A stretch of DNA of 63,779 bases, the filler included, from Octopus bimaculoides (Eukaryota), in assembly GCF_001194135.2 (NCBI RefSeq). It is 6 parts of 6 records of this genome, joined end to end, with 100 filler letters (N's around TTAATTAATTAA, not from the genome) between each part and the next. Parts side by side here need not be neighbours in the genome. Positions count along the whole stretch, not along the records: positions 1 to 31,970 come from NC_069003.1; 5 more parts are not named here. One strand, written 5' to 3'. The position numbers and the translations under genes were made by a program. This document shows, one piece after another, positions 11,843 to 23,937 of the stretch. The notes below the pieces were generated by a model. The model saw nothing but the letters and a program-made list of their open reading frames with translations. It was not told the DNA's origin and made no database searches. The first letter of the stretch is position 1. Every line of letters starts with the position of its first letter.

Positions 11843-12494
11843 TAATTTGCTAGACTGAGTGTGTTTATGGTATCATGTTACATAACCAAAAACACTTTAT
11901 CTTCTGCCATTTAACAATTGTCAAAATAGATACGTATTTCGCAATCTTCCCAATATTATTTTTCTCAATCCTCTTATTACTTCAATATTCGGTATGCAAA
12001 ATGTGAAACAACGTTCTATAACGATTCATTTCAAAAGCAATGTCTTTTTTTTTCCCAATGTCTATTATTTGTATGTACCAATAGAATAGAGTTAAAATTA
12101 CTTTTCCTCGTAAATTTTTTTTTGTTACTGCAATCATTGTGCTTTTTTCTAAATATAATCTAATTGTGTAAAATCTCATATAGCTGCTACATTCTGACAT
12201 TCTATTTCTTTCTTTAAGCAAACATCATCCGTTAATGTACTTCATAAATATGAAACTTCCCTTCTACATACGATGCATTCACTATATTGTTTTTTTGTTT
12301 TTATCATTTAGTTTTATTTCAGCACTTATTTCCATTCCAAATCTTTTTGGAGAAATAACCAAACACAATATTTACTCGACCAATGTAAAAGATTATTGAC
12401 AAGGTAGGCAGAAAATAGACACCGCGTTTGTAAATCGAAATTTTGAGTGAGTGTCCGAGTGACTTCATGCCTGTCACGGTTTCGTTTCTGCATG

Positions 12495-12697
12495 GAGTCA
12501 CACACAAACTTGTTCGTATCTCTGAGTCACACAAACTTGTTCGCATCTCTGAGTCACACACAAACTTGTTCGCATCTCTGAGTCACACACAAACTTGTTC
12601 GCATCTCTGAGTCACACACAAACTTGTTCGCATCTCTGAGTCACACACAAACTTGTTCGCATCTCTGAGTCACACACAAACTTGGTCGCATCTCTGA
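12495..12697. repeat. 29-bp minisatellite, 7 copies
   Basis: Unit GAGTCACACACAAACTTGTTCGCATCTCT at 12495, 12524 (27 bp), 12551, 12580, 12609, 12638, 12667. Confidence 0.97.
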
Positions 12698-12999
12698 TCA
12701 TTAATTCCAATCTCAACAGACTGTCTACTATTTTCTACAGCCACTTCCTTGTTCTATTCTCGTGGAACACAGTTAGTGAAGACATCTCTTTTAAGGAGTC
12801 ACTCTCAATTTAAACACTCCTTCATTCACCTCAAATTGTCACTTCATATACTTCGCCGTAAGCACTGTGTCCCTGTCTAGAATATCGGTCACTTGGAATT
12901 CCCTCTCTACACATAATTGTTTGGCTTGCATCTTCAACTTGCAATGGTCCAAAGGAAAGGTTGAAGAACTTCAGGCTCGATGGTCTCAGTGAACCTGTC

Positions 13000-13965
13000 A
13001 ATTATTATTATCGTTGTTGATATTATTATTATTATTGAGTGAGAGAGCAGTGTATGCCATTATAGTGACACTGGGGTAAAATATACGAAGCCCAGTATAC
13101 CCATCATAACAACGCATCTGATAAGGGTACACCAGGAAGAGGTATCGCAACCCCATATATGCGAGACACGGGGATCTCATATCAACGTAAACAGCCCATG
13201 ACCTTGGAGGTGGGGACCCAGTTAGCATTTTCTTCAGATTGAGTAGCCCATCCTGCTCAAAAGGTCTCTGCATGAGATTTGCTCAAGGATGAGGAACAAA
13301 GCACCCATGTTTCCAGAGGGGATTTATTCAACCCTTTTTTTTCCTATTTGCTATTTCATGTCAAGACATGCTCTTGCACTTCTTTTTCCAATTTTTCCAT
13401 TGCCTTTTGGACCACACTTCTAAGGGGCTCAGATCTTTACGCTGTAAAGGTAGAATCTCGCTTTCAGTTCTCCGTTTCCACCATGGTTCTGTCTACTTCC
13501 CTCTCTTTCTTTCCAACCAGTTCACCTCCTAAAATTGAAGAGGATCTGTTCAAGAGCCTTGATTCCGTTAGATCTTTTGGGAGAATGTGTTTCTGAATCT
13601 CATCATCCTTTTAGGTCCCCCGTTTCACGTTGTTATGGTCGAAGCTTCTTTGATTCAATGGCTTCGTTCCTGTTCTTGTAATTATTATATCATCGAGTCT
13701 TATCGTGAGGTTTCCTTCTTTCTCAGTCAGATCCTCTCTTATTTCAGTGTTTTCTACATTATATTTACTGATCGACCTCTCCTTCGCTAAAACTTCACCT
13801 TGGCTACGCATTTTCTGATCTTCCCCTACGTTATTCTCCTCCAGATTATCACCACAACAGTGGCTTTTCGTGATTGCCTCTACCTGGACCTCATTAGGAA
13901 AGCCTCTTTTCCGAATTATTCTTATCTGATTCATGAATTTATTTTCAGTAAACTGGAACATACCC
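13000..13965 (-). mobile_element. internally deleted R4/Dong-type LINE remnant
   Basis: Minus-strand frames give NKFMNQIRIIRKRGFPNEVQVEAI and EPWWKRRTESEI...RKDLSPLEVW, both typical R4/Dong N-terminal motifs; 3' UTR ends in (AAT)n at ~13000-13036. Confidence 0.7.
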
Positions 13966-14003
13966 AGCTGGTTATCATCATCATCATCACCACCACATAT
14001 TTG

Positions 14004-14077
<74 letters not shown>

Positions 14078-14213
14078 TGTGTAATAATATAGTATACTAT
14101 GTATAATAAAAGTTGATTACAAGTACTTGTATTGGTTCCTATTTAATAAAATTTAATGCTTCTATTAGTTTCTGGTAATTTAATATTATAGCTTGTATTG
14201 TAATGGTGATATA

Positions 14214-14467
14214 TTGGTTTGGTGCCTAATTATTGCGGCTTTTTTCCAACAAATTTTATTCAACAAAAACAATAACATATAACAAAAACATCTTTAAATG
14301 ATTATTCCGGAGCATATTCACCATCCACTTCAATTACTCCTTCCTATTTGCTTAGCAGATGGTCAGACCGTCATTTAAAGAGGGTCTTCTTAAATATTGT
14401 TATTGTTGTTATTCTTTTTGAATAAAATTTATCGGAAAAAAGTCTCAATAATTATGCACCAACCCAA
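14214..14467 (-). mobile_element. mariner-derived MITE
   Basis: TIRs TTGGTTTGGTGCCTAATTATTG / CAATAATTATGCACCAACCCAA flanked by TA; minus strand keeps a transposase C-terminus DHLLSK*EGVIEVDGEYAPE*. Confidence 0.8.
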
Positions 14468-14954
14468 TATTAATGAGCATGTAGAGTTTTATTATTAACT
14501 TTTGAATGATAAAATAATGTATTTCACTCATAATTATTATATTTTTAGTTAAATTAAATTCAATCGTGTTTGTTTTGTTTTGGAGAGATTAATATAAAGC
14601 TTTGACTTTTTTTTATTATAGTAGTAACTATGGAAGACTAATGGGATTATTATTTGTATGGACTTAAAAATTGGTCGCTATTTAGTATATAATTTAGTTA
14701 TTGCAAGGTTTACTTTTAATACCGATACGATGTGCATTGGTTTATGCGTTTGAAAGTTGTGGTTTCTTTGGTATGTTTGTTCGCAAACAACACTTATTTT
14801 AGTGCTGTTTACACCGCCGGATTGAATGGTACTGCCCATGTGTCGAAACCATAATGATATCCGTGGGACAGTGGATGATGGATGTATGTTTGATTGTTGG
14901 TATGGCTGGTTTGTATATGTGGAACCGTATTATAACACATCCTTTTGACATATA

Positions 14955-15127
14955 TATATATATATATGCACAGCAGGTTTTTTTCAGTTTCTGTCTAGTA
15001 ATTACACTCACAAATCCTTCGTCGACCTGAAGCCATATTAAAAGACTATTTCTCAAGGTGCCACGCTATGTGGTTGAACCCGGGACCTTGCGATTTGGAG
15101 ACAAAGTTCTTAACTCACAGCCAAGCA
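14955..15127 (-). mobile_element. SINE family A, 5' half
   Basis: Similar in reverse complement to 54714-54870. Confidence 0.7.
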
Positions 15128-16234
15128 TTGAATAATATATAAAAAACTGGCCGATAATAAAATGTAACAATGACATATATACATGTAACTCTACTGAAAG
15201 TGACAAACCTGAAAATCACGAAGATAAATTGAATAATGTACGAAGTGGCAAAAATAATGGAAATATCATTTGGATTCTTTATCATATTTCCTTATATATA
15301 AACATTTTAACCTAAATAATCAAAATGGAAAACGAAAATACAAATGATAATGCAATGTAAAAGAAAATATGTTTCATCATAGAATCACGAATAAATGGAT
15401 GTGAACTAAAACAAAACAAGAAACAAAATCCAGATTCTTCGGAAATGTTCATAACACATTCTTCCTCCCAATGAAGTTGCACGCGAAGTCAAGAACATGA
15501 CTGGCATAATAAATACTAGTCGTGAATCAAAGAATCTATCTTTCTAGAAAGCGATTAACATTCCATGAACCGTCGAAACATTTTGAATTATAACAAAATC
15601 GATGTTACGAAGAAATATGTTAAAACAATGAGAGAAAAAAATATGCAACGAAAATGGTTGATAATTTTGGAGAGAAATAGGGTCGTCTGCCGTATCCTGT
15701 TGAATGGAATGTTAAACACTATCAAACATCCTCAGATGCACACGGAAACACACACACACACGCACGCACACACACACACTTGATGCTAATTTTGGGACAG
15801 ATTCAGGATAGATTTTGTAGAGAGAACAAGGCAGGACATTGATGAGGTGACGAATATCGACGAGCAGTTTGACAAGCAAAGAACCGATTGATTGTATAGC
15901 CAGCACATTAAACAAACGATTGATTAGGTAGATGGCAAGACATTTAAACAACTGAATAACAATAAAGAAGCGATATTGAGTCAGTGCGTGTGTTTTGTTA
16001 AGTTTATTATCATTCATTTTATCTCAGGTTTTGCAGTAACTATTTGTGTCTTGTATGCGTACCGGGCTTTCTCCCTGCAGCTTATGGCACCATGCTATCC
16101 ATTCTTTTCAGCTATCTAATACTTTCCCGATTATTATGGTCGTAGCAAAGAGGCAAATTCTTTTTGTAATAGTTCTGCTGGGTACTCTATTCCGATTTCC
16201 TTTATGTTCCTTGTGATACCTTCTGATATTATTA

Positions 16235-16380
16235 CTACTACTACTATTATTATTTTTATTATTATCTGTTTGACTTTTGCTCTGCATTTGTACAAGTTGA
16301 CTGCAAGTCTCACCCAGGGACCTCAAGAGACAAGTCAAAATGTCATGCTGGTGCTATGCGTAGGGTGTCATTCACTTGGT
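16235..16380 (-). mobile_element. short LINE-type 3' end with (TAA)n-like tail
   Basis: Minus strand ...GGGTGAGACTTGCAGTCAACTTGTACAAATGCAGAGCAAAAGTCAAACAGATAATAAT; recognised as a LINE-like 3' UTR, no coding part. Confidence 0.35.
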
Positions 16381-16392
16381 CTGCGCTATGGT

Positions 16393-16545
16393 TGGAGTTC
16401 AAATTGCACCGAGGTCGTCTTTGACTTTTATCCTTTCGTGATCGATATATTAAGTACCAGTTGTGTACTGGGGTTGATGTAATTGACTATCCCGCTTCCC
16501 CAATTTTCAGGTCTTGTGCCTATAGAAGAAAGGATTATTATTATC
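16393..16545 (+). mobile_element. SINE family B, 3' part
   Basis: GAGTTCAAATT...AAGTACCAGTTGTGTACTGGGGTTGATG...CTTGTGCCTATAGAAGAAAGG(ATT)n. Confidence 0.8.
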
Positions 16546-17548
16546 ATTATCATCGTTATTATTATTGACAAAAGAAATTCCCAAGACATAATATTAGTAA
16601 AGCAGTTATTTTGATTAATAACGAAACTTAGTGAAACTGCTATTTCTACAGAATACGAAATGTAGGAATCACCAGGGAAATTATTAATCTTCATTCTTTT
16701 GGATAAATTATATTATCGCTATCCTGAACAAAATCGTAAGGATAAATTTAATGGTCCAATGATATACAGAAACAGTATCGCTATGTTTATTGGAAAATAT
16801 TATTTTCCCTCTCAGAATAGCTGAATAAATACTAAATTCCCAAAACCATATTCCGTCAGTATCGTACGAGAACCTAACCACAATAAGAGACGATAGAATA
16901 TTATGGTTATAAAGATCACTTATGACGACTTTCAATATTTCACTATCATAACTGAAGTCTGTAGGGGTACAAAGCAGGAAAAAATTATGTTATCATTAAA
17001 AGTGATATACTGCATCATACAGGTACATCAATATATCATGAATATATTGATGAGGATTTCAGAGGGAATGTTAGAAATGGACGAATTCTAAAGAAAAATC
17101 TATTCCCTTTTAACAGGGGGGAAATATTATAGATAAATTCCTTCTCATATACACAGTACGCCAATATATTTAGCAAAGTGCTCAACCAACAATCGCTTCG
17201 GATATATTTCCAAAGAAACAAAAAGAAATAGTTTTATATTAGTTCTGTTGATTTCCAGTCCAATTCTACAGAGACAATTTTCTGCAGTTTCTACTGTCTA
17301 AATCGTTCCAGGTTCAGCTCAGAAACTGACATGAAAATGGTTTGAAAACAGAAATTTTGACATATTTGAGAATCGGAAATTTTAATTAAATTTATTATGA
17401 CGATTTTAATTAAAATATAATAAAATAAATCAGTGATAATGGAATTCAACGAGAGATTTCTTTAGAACTACTTAGAAACAACTGAAATAGGCAGAGTTCA
17501 CCTCTTTAAAATACGGAAATCATTACGAGAAACATTATAGACAAAAAC

Positions 17549-17700
17549 GTAGTCGTGGTTGTGCAGTAAAAAGCTTGCTTCCCAAACACATGGTCCCCGG
17601 TTTCAGTTGTACTTCAGAGAGACATAAGCAAGTGTCTTCTGTGATAGCTCAGGGCCAATCAAGATATTACAAACCGAAATAAACCTCTCGTGTGCGTGTG
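17549..17700 (+). mobile_element. SINE family A, 5' half
   Basis: GGTTGTGCAGTAAAAAGCTTGCTTCCCAAACACATGGT...GCAAGTGTCTTCT, similar to 54714 onward. Confidence 0.65.
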
Positions 17701-17801
17701 TAGAGTGTGTCCTCAAAACGTCTTCACAGTGTCTTCACTTTTTGACTCCCCATAACTCACCAAATCTTTTCATTTATTTTCAGAAGAATTTGACTCTAAT
17801 A

Positions 17802-18118
17802 ATGGCAGAAGGACGACTAAGCTTTGAAGAACGAAAATTTATCATAAAATTCTATTGGAAGCGCCAATATATCATGGAAGTGCCAAGTTAATTTAGAAGA
17901 TATTTTCACAAAGTTCCAGCAACGCGAAACACCACTGCTCGCAAACGAGATAAGTTTGAATCAGATTGAAGTAAGTATAACATACATAAAGAGCGTTCCG
18001 ATAAACTACGGTCATCTACCTGCCCCTCAAATGAAGAATATTTGCAAGAAACCTTCCGGCAACCCGTACAGAAATCTGTACGACAAATGGTTCGTAAGAT
18101 GGGCATCGCAAAATCCCA
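17802..18118 (+). pseudogene. Tc1/mariner-type transposase N-terminal (HTH) fragment
   Basis: MAEGRLSFEERKFIIKFYWK...EVPS*FRRYF..PATRNTTARKRDKFESD*...KERSDKLRSST...KSVRQMVRKMGIAKS, the DUF4817-like N-terminus of IS630-Tc1-mariner transposases; contains stops. Confidence 0.75.
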
Positions 18119-18135
18119 AAATTGTTTAAAAGCAG

Positions 18136-18269
18136 CAAAAATATGACAAAAGCTGTTACTCAGAGTTTCACGTTCCGTTTCGTTGGACAGTTTTGTTTAG
18201 AATTCTAAACAAAACTGTCTGACGAACGGGAACATGAAACTCTGAGTAACAACTTTTGTCATATTTTTG
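18136..18269. repeat. 134-bp near-perfect loopless palindrome
   Basis: CAAAAATATGACAAAAG...GACAGTTTTGTTTAGAA|TTCTAAACAAAACTGTC...CTTTTGTCATATTTTTG, centred on GAATTC. Confidence 0.93.
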
Positions 18270-18339
18270 TCGGTTTTTAATTAAGTATGTGTGTGTGTGT
18301 ATAGATATTTGTGTGTGTGCGCGTATACCTGTATGTATA

Positions 18340-18535
18340 TCTTTGTGGTGTGTTTGTACTCGCACTATTGCTTGACAACAGGTGTCAATTTGTTTATATC
18401 CCCGTAACTTAGTGCTTCGGCATAAAAAGAGACCAATAAAATAAATAACAGGATAAAGAAAAAATAAATACTGGGGGCGATTCATTCAACTAAACTAATT
18501 CTTGAATGTTCCCCAACATGGCCACAGTCCAATCA
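18340..18535 (+). mobile_element. SINE family A, 3' half
   Basis: TGCTTGACAAC...CCCCGTAACTTAG...TTCGGCA...GAGACC...CATGGCCACAGTC, similar to 54900-55085. Confidence 0.7.
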
Positions 18536-18907
18536 GTGAGACAAATAAAGAAGAGGAAGAAGAAAAAAACATTCATTGCTGACAAACGGATAATAATCAG
18601 TAGGAAAACATGTCAACAAACAAACAAAAACAATGAACTAAAACTAGTCGTTAGTCATGCATATCAGGAGCATCACTGTTCCATAAAAATAATGGTAAAA
18701 ACACAATAACTTGACGAAATAATACACATACCAATTTCTTGATTTTTGCCCCCAAACCATTTTTTCATATGCATAATAAAATTCTTGGTAGATATTGACG
18801 GAAAATAGCGTCTTTATTGCAGCTTTTCAACGCTGGGGTACAGGTAGCAACATACATATATATTTATATACTATATATCAATATCTATCTATCTATCTAT
18901 CTATCTT

Positions 18908-18962
<55 letters not shown>

Positions 18963-19553
18963 TGCGTGCATACAAGTGTATATAGATGCAAAGACAGACG
19001 GAAACAGAGAGGCAGACAGAGAGAGAGAAAGAAAAGCTGACAGAGAGAGAGAAATAAGCAGACACAGAGGGAGAGAAGGGGGACAGAGAGAAAGAGAGAG
19101 CAGGGACACAAAGAGAGAGAGAGAGTGAGTGAGTGAGTGAGAGTGAATTTGGCTTGGAGCAGCTAAAGAAATCAGGTAATTCACAACTCCATTAATGATA
19201 TCTGCATAGCTTTAGGCGAAGTATTAACTACAGCGAGAGATTATTATTGCATGCAGCATCAGGGGGCTTAGCAGTGAAATACTCAAGCAAGCCATTCCTA
19301 GCTCATTTTGCATATATGAATACGCGTATTTGTGTGTGTGTGTATACATATTGTACGTACGTATGTATATACATGTTTGTATGTATGTAATGGAAGATTG
19401 AGAGAAATTTTGTGGCTTTAAGTAATAACCAGTGAATAAGGATTCTGTTTGAACCAAATTTTCTCAAACTGGGGTAAATGTACTCCCAGGATTCAAATTT
19501 TCATATGATACCTTACGAGTAGATTTATTTATTCATTTATTATTATTATTATT

Positions 19554-19764
19554 GTGGAGATATGTCAAAATCGTTAGCAAGCCGGGTGAAATGCTTAGCG
19601 GCATTTCGTCCGTCTCTACATTCTGAGTTCAAATTCCGCCGTGGTCGACTTTGCCTTTCATCCTTCGGGGTCGATGAAATAAGTACCAGCTACATACTGG
19701 GGTCGATGTAATCGACTACTCCTTTTTCCCCAAACATTTTCTAGGCTTTGTGCCTAGAGTAGAA
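19554..19764 (+). mobile_element. SINE family B, near full length
   Basis: AATCGTTAGCAAGCCGGGTGAAATGCTTAGCGGCATTTCGTCC...GAGTTCAAATTCCGCC (box B)...GGGGTCGATG...GTGCCTAGAGTAGAA; at least 8 related copies in the window. Confidence 0.85.
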
Positions 19765-20039
19765 GTAGTAGTGATAATTATTATTGCTGGCTTTGAATTA
19801 TATCTTTTTTAAGATCTGAAGTAAAGAAAAATGTTAAAAGCGTGTTTGAAAAATATTTCGTTTTACTATTTTGAGTTGAACGATGTGAATTGCATATTTC
19901 TCAATTACTGCGTTGTTAATGGACTTGCCTAATTAATAAGAAAATCATTTGGTTTTAGCATCCATATAAAATAACATGTTTGTACATTCACCTGTTATAC
20001 TTTAGTTAGATAGAGAGTTGGAGATGGCGTGAATGTAAT

Positions 20040-20391
20040 GTGGAGTAGATTGTGAGAGAGAGAGAGAGAGAAAGAGAGATAGAGAGTGCAGGAGGGTGAG
20101 TAGAGAAGAAAGAAATGAGGAAGATGTAGAGAAATATATATATAATACGTCCAACTGTGTCACATGGTCAGATGAAGAGAGAGACTAAAAGCGAGAGAAA
20201 AAAAACTCGAGGGAAAAGATGGAAAGAGGAAAGGAGGAGAGAGAAGCGTTAACAACTTGCTGTAGGGTGAGGAGGGAGAGGTAAAAGGGAAAGAGTGATG
20301 TTTAGGATACAATATTTAGCAGAGGGTTATGCTCTGGCGGTGAAGATAAAGAAAGGCGTATAGAGAGAGATGAACAGGGAAGGCAGTCACA

Positions 20392-20468
<77 letters not shown>

Positions 20469-20530
20469 AGAGAAAGAGAGAAAAGGAATGAAGGAAACAT
20501 AGAAAGAGAAATAAAGATAGAGAGGCAGAT
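20040..20530. repeat. GA-rich simple repeat region including a pure (GA)n at ~20393-20462
   Basis: Direct inspection. Confidence 0.9.
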
Positions 20531-21308
20531 AGCATTTAAATTGAAGTTGTACTGTCATCAACTGCGAGAAAAAGTATATATAAACAAACTGATGAACTAA
20601 AATGAAATGAAATTAGCTTTGTTACTGAAAGCTTTAGTGATGATGATGATGGTGGTTGTGTGATAATGGTGAAAAGAATTTTCTTTTATTTACCTAAATC
20701 CATAATATTATTCTTCTACATGTTCGGTCAAACTTTACGCTTTAGTTTGTTAGAGTGGAGGAAGATGCGGAGAGCCAGCCAATGCATTATGCTGTCACTC
20801 ATGGGATTAGTGGAAGCGAGAGATGGAGAGAAATAGAGAAACATATAGTGCTTAGCAGAGGGAAATCTTAAAATCATATGATTCATATCAAAGACACAGA
20901 AATGAAGGACTTTAGATCATAGGTGTTAACCCCATATACAATTTTAGCAAGTTTAAAATGAATTCTTTTGGGTCGTAAACTATTCATCATGTCCTTGTTA
21001 CCCCTCTTCCTTTGATGCCCTGAACAGGTGCTTATTTGGATCCATATTGAGTCCGGCGTCGGATGACTCTATAGCACTGAAGTACATGTTCAGATTGAGA
21101 GAGAAAGAGTGAGAAAGGTGCTGCAGAGATCGAGCGACGGATAAAGATTAATTTATTGATTGTATCATCTACAAGCAAATCAGGGAATTGTTTGTGTTTC
21201 CGAAAGTAGATACTCTCAACTTGAAGGTTCGCAGATAGGGCAACGTACAGTCAGTTATAGAATCGTGATGCGCAATGCCGGATAACAACTTGATAGTAAT
21301 GAAGGAAA

Positions 21309-21364
<56 letters not shown>

Positions 21365-22249
21365 AAGAGAGAAAGAGAATTGTGCGCCCGATTATATGCT
21401 GTGGCTATTGAAAGTATATTTCATATCTGCTAAAAATTTGAAATGAGCCTAGAGAAAGATCCGAAATACAAACGGAACACATTTAAGAAATGAGAATGTA
21501 AATCATTACGAGAAAGAAAAATGAATAAAAGCACAACAAACACGCTAGTTTTCCTTTCCCTCTTTTTGCTGCTTCTTTCTTAACCATCAGATGTTCCGTC
21601 TTTCTCCACATCATTTACCGGGAGATTAGAGATGCCCATATATGGTAATACTTTCTAAACGCCGAGTGTCATGATTTCGTGCTGCGAGAACAAACCACTT
21701 CATTCTCAACCATTTCAACAATTGTCTGAAGAAATTTCTGTTACTAAAATGTTCTGATCAGTTTCTTTCATAGCACACTCGTCAGTTTATTGTTCTCTCG
21801 CTTGAAATGTAAAATGTCTTTCTTTAACATTTCGTTTGAAAAATCATGATTATTTTAAACACGTTCACCATCCAAAGTCAATTATTTGTGCCCATAGAAT
21901 TTAGTTTAAAATACTCTTGCTCTTGGAAAAAGAGAACAACAAATAAGGGTTAAAAATGAACCAAAAATACTATTTTTCCTGCAGTAATTATTTCTAAATT
22001 TGGATAAAGGGATACTTTTTCCCCATAACTTCTCCAACGCTTTCAATCCAGAATTTTATTTTATTCTTTGATCTCACAACAGTTGTTGTGCTTCTCAAAT
22101 ATTAAAACTAATCAACTTGTTTGAGCGTCTTCTCTCCTATTTCAAATCAAATGACTACATTTTTTTGTATTCTCATTTTTTTTTTTTCGGCACATATTTA
22201 CACGATTTATTTCATAAAAGAAATAACTAGCACAACATGAACATTGGTT

Positions 22250-22640
22250 GCAAATTTAGGCACGAGAGGGTCAGCTGATGACATCGAATCATTTCCTTGA
22301 CTAGTACTTCAATTTATCGACCTTGAAAGAATGAGACAAAACGGACCTCTGTCCTATTCGAATTCAGAAGATAAGTCAGGACAAATACCGTTAAGAAATT
22401 TTCTCCGAAGCTCTAACACAGCCTACAAACACAACCACCTTTTTAGGTTGAAAGTTTGGCCCAACGTCAGGGAATAAGTCGATTATATCGACTCCAGTAT
22501 TCAAATTTTGGCACAAGGCCAGTAATTTCAGCAGAGAGAAGGTAAATCGATCTTTGCAGAATTCGAACTCAGAACAAAATGACAAACGAAAGGCTGCTAA
22601 GTATTTTGTCTTGTGTACTAAACATTCTGCCAGCTTGCCC
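22250..22640 (-). mobile_element. two tandem degraded SINE family B copies
   Basis: Two sets of TTTATCGACC / GAATTC(A/G)AAC / AAATACCG motifs in reverse orientation. Confidence 0.6.
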
Positions 22641-23742
22641 ACACGAGATTGAAACAAAGCCGACCTCATGCATTTCTCTTGAGGAATTCTGGAAGAAGCT
22701 TCGTGATACTACTACTGAGACGCTTCCAAAAAAAGAAAAGCCGTTGGAAAACAGTTTATAGCAGAGACTCCATCTAAGAATATCTGAAGAAGGAATTGTA
22801 TTCCGAAATATCATCGGACTATAGATAAATAAATTACAACAGGTATATAGTCCATTTTTTATATTATAGTGCATTGTTGTACCGTCCAAAATTTTATTCT
22901 TTACAAACAATACACAATGCTTCAAGCGAACTACAATACTCTCCTACAAAAACTAAGTTTCGATAGAAGGATCGAACGCTGTAATATGTAAATATGACAA
23001 TAAAATAAAGGTGACAATAATTAAACAAATGCTGGGGTCGCATCGCTATGGACCAATAAAAGATGTTCCCAATATAAAGGCTTTAAAATTAAATATGGAC
23101 AACAATGCATGGCAAATTTATTGAATAAAAAAAGCTTTGTTAATACGAGAATAACTGAAATAATCTATGTATCAACTGCAGTAGTTGTGTCGGAATGTTA
23201 GTTATATCTCGCGAGTACTTGTATAGGAAAGAGTTAAAGGAAAACAAATAAAAGGCGAGAAAACACAAAATAATAACAAAAAAAACAAAGAAAATCGAAA
23301 TCAGAAAGATTGTAATAAAATAATAATAAAAAAATGTATTGCGATACTTAACACGATCAATAACGACAATGCCAAAGCGAAAACAAAAGGGGAAAGCTAA
23401 CAGAAATAATACGCAACGCAATATAAATAAACAATAACGGTATGCTTGAAATCAAAGAACTTCAAAAACAATGGATTCTCATAAAACTGTAAACACTCCT
23501 TCGTTATGAGAAATATGTACCAGTTTTCGAAACAAGATTAAAGCGTTCGAATTCAGCCGCAAAAACGATTTTACCGAGAACTATGTGGGAACAAAGCAGA
23601 ATGAAAGACAATTTTATTGCTGGAAATTAAATTCTTTCGTTGGTGGTAGTAAGGATATCTGATGGATTACCACAGGGTAGAAGATTTTTATTACATGAAA
23701 TCAAAAAGTAGATCAGTTGCTCTAATTAATAAGTTTTTTTTA

Positions 23743-23937
23743 CTCTAGGTACAAGGCCTGAAATTTGGTGTAGTGGGATAGTCGACTACACCTACTCTGA
23801 TATTGATTGGTACTCATCTTATCGACCCCGAAAGATAAGTCCATCTCGTCGGAATTTGAACTCAGAACATGAAGACAGACGAAATACCGTTAAGTATTTA
23901 CTCTGGCGTGTTAACGATTCCGGCAGATCGCCGCCTT
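23743..23937 (-). mobile_element. SINE family B
   Basis: Reverse complement of the 19554 type, ending ACGATTCCGGCAGATCGCCGCC. Confidence 0.8.

Noticed and set aside
11982-12221. 79-aa ORF on the minus strand
   Set aside because: AT-rich, no recognisable motif and no convincing splice signals.
12495-12697. 29-bp direct repeats as a CRISPR array
   Set aside because: Units are contiguous with no spacers, the context is eukaryotic, and there are no cas genes.
22660-22860. Possible mariner C-terminal remnant (SLEEFWKKLRDT..., EEGI)
   Set aside because: The resemblance needs several frame switches and no TIR was found.
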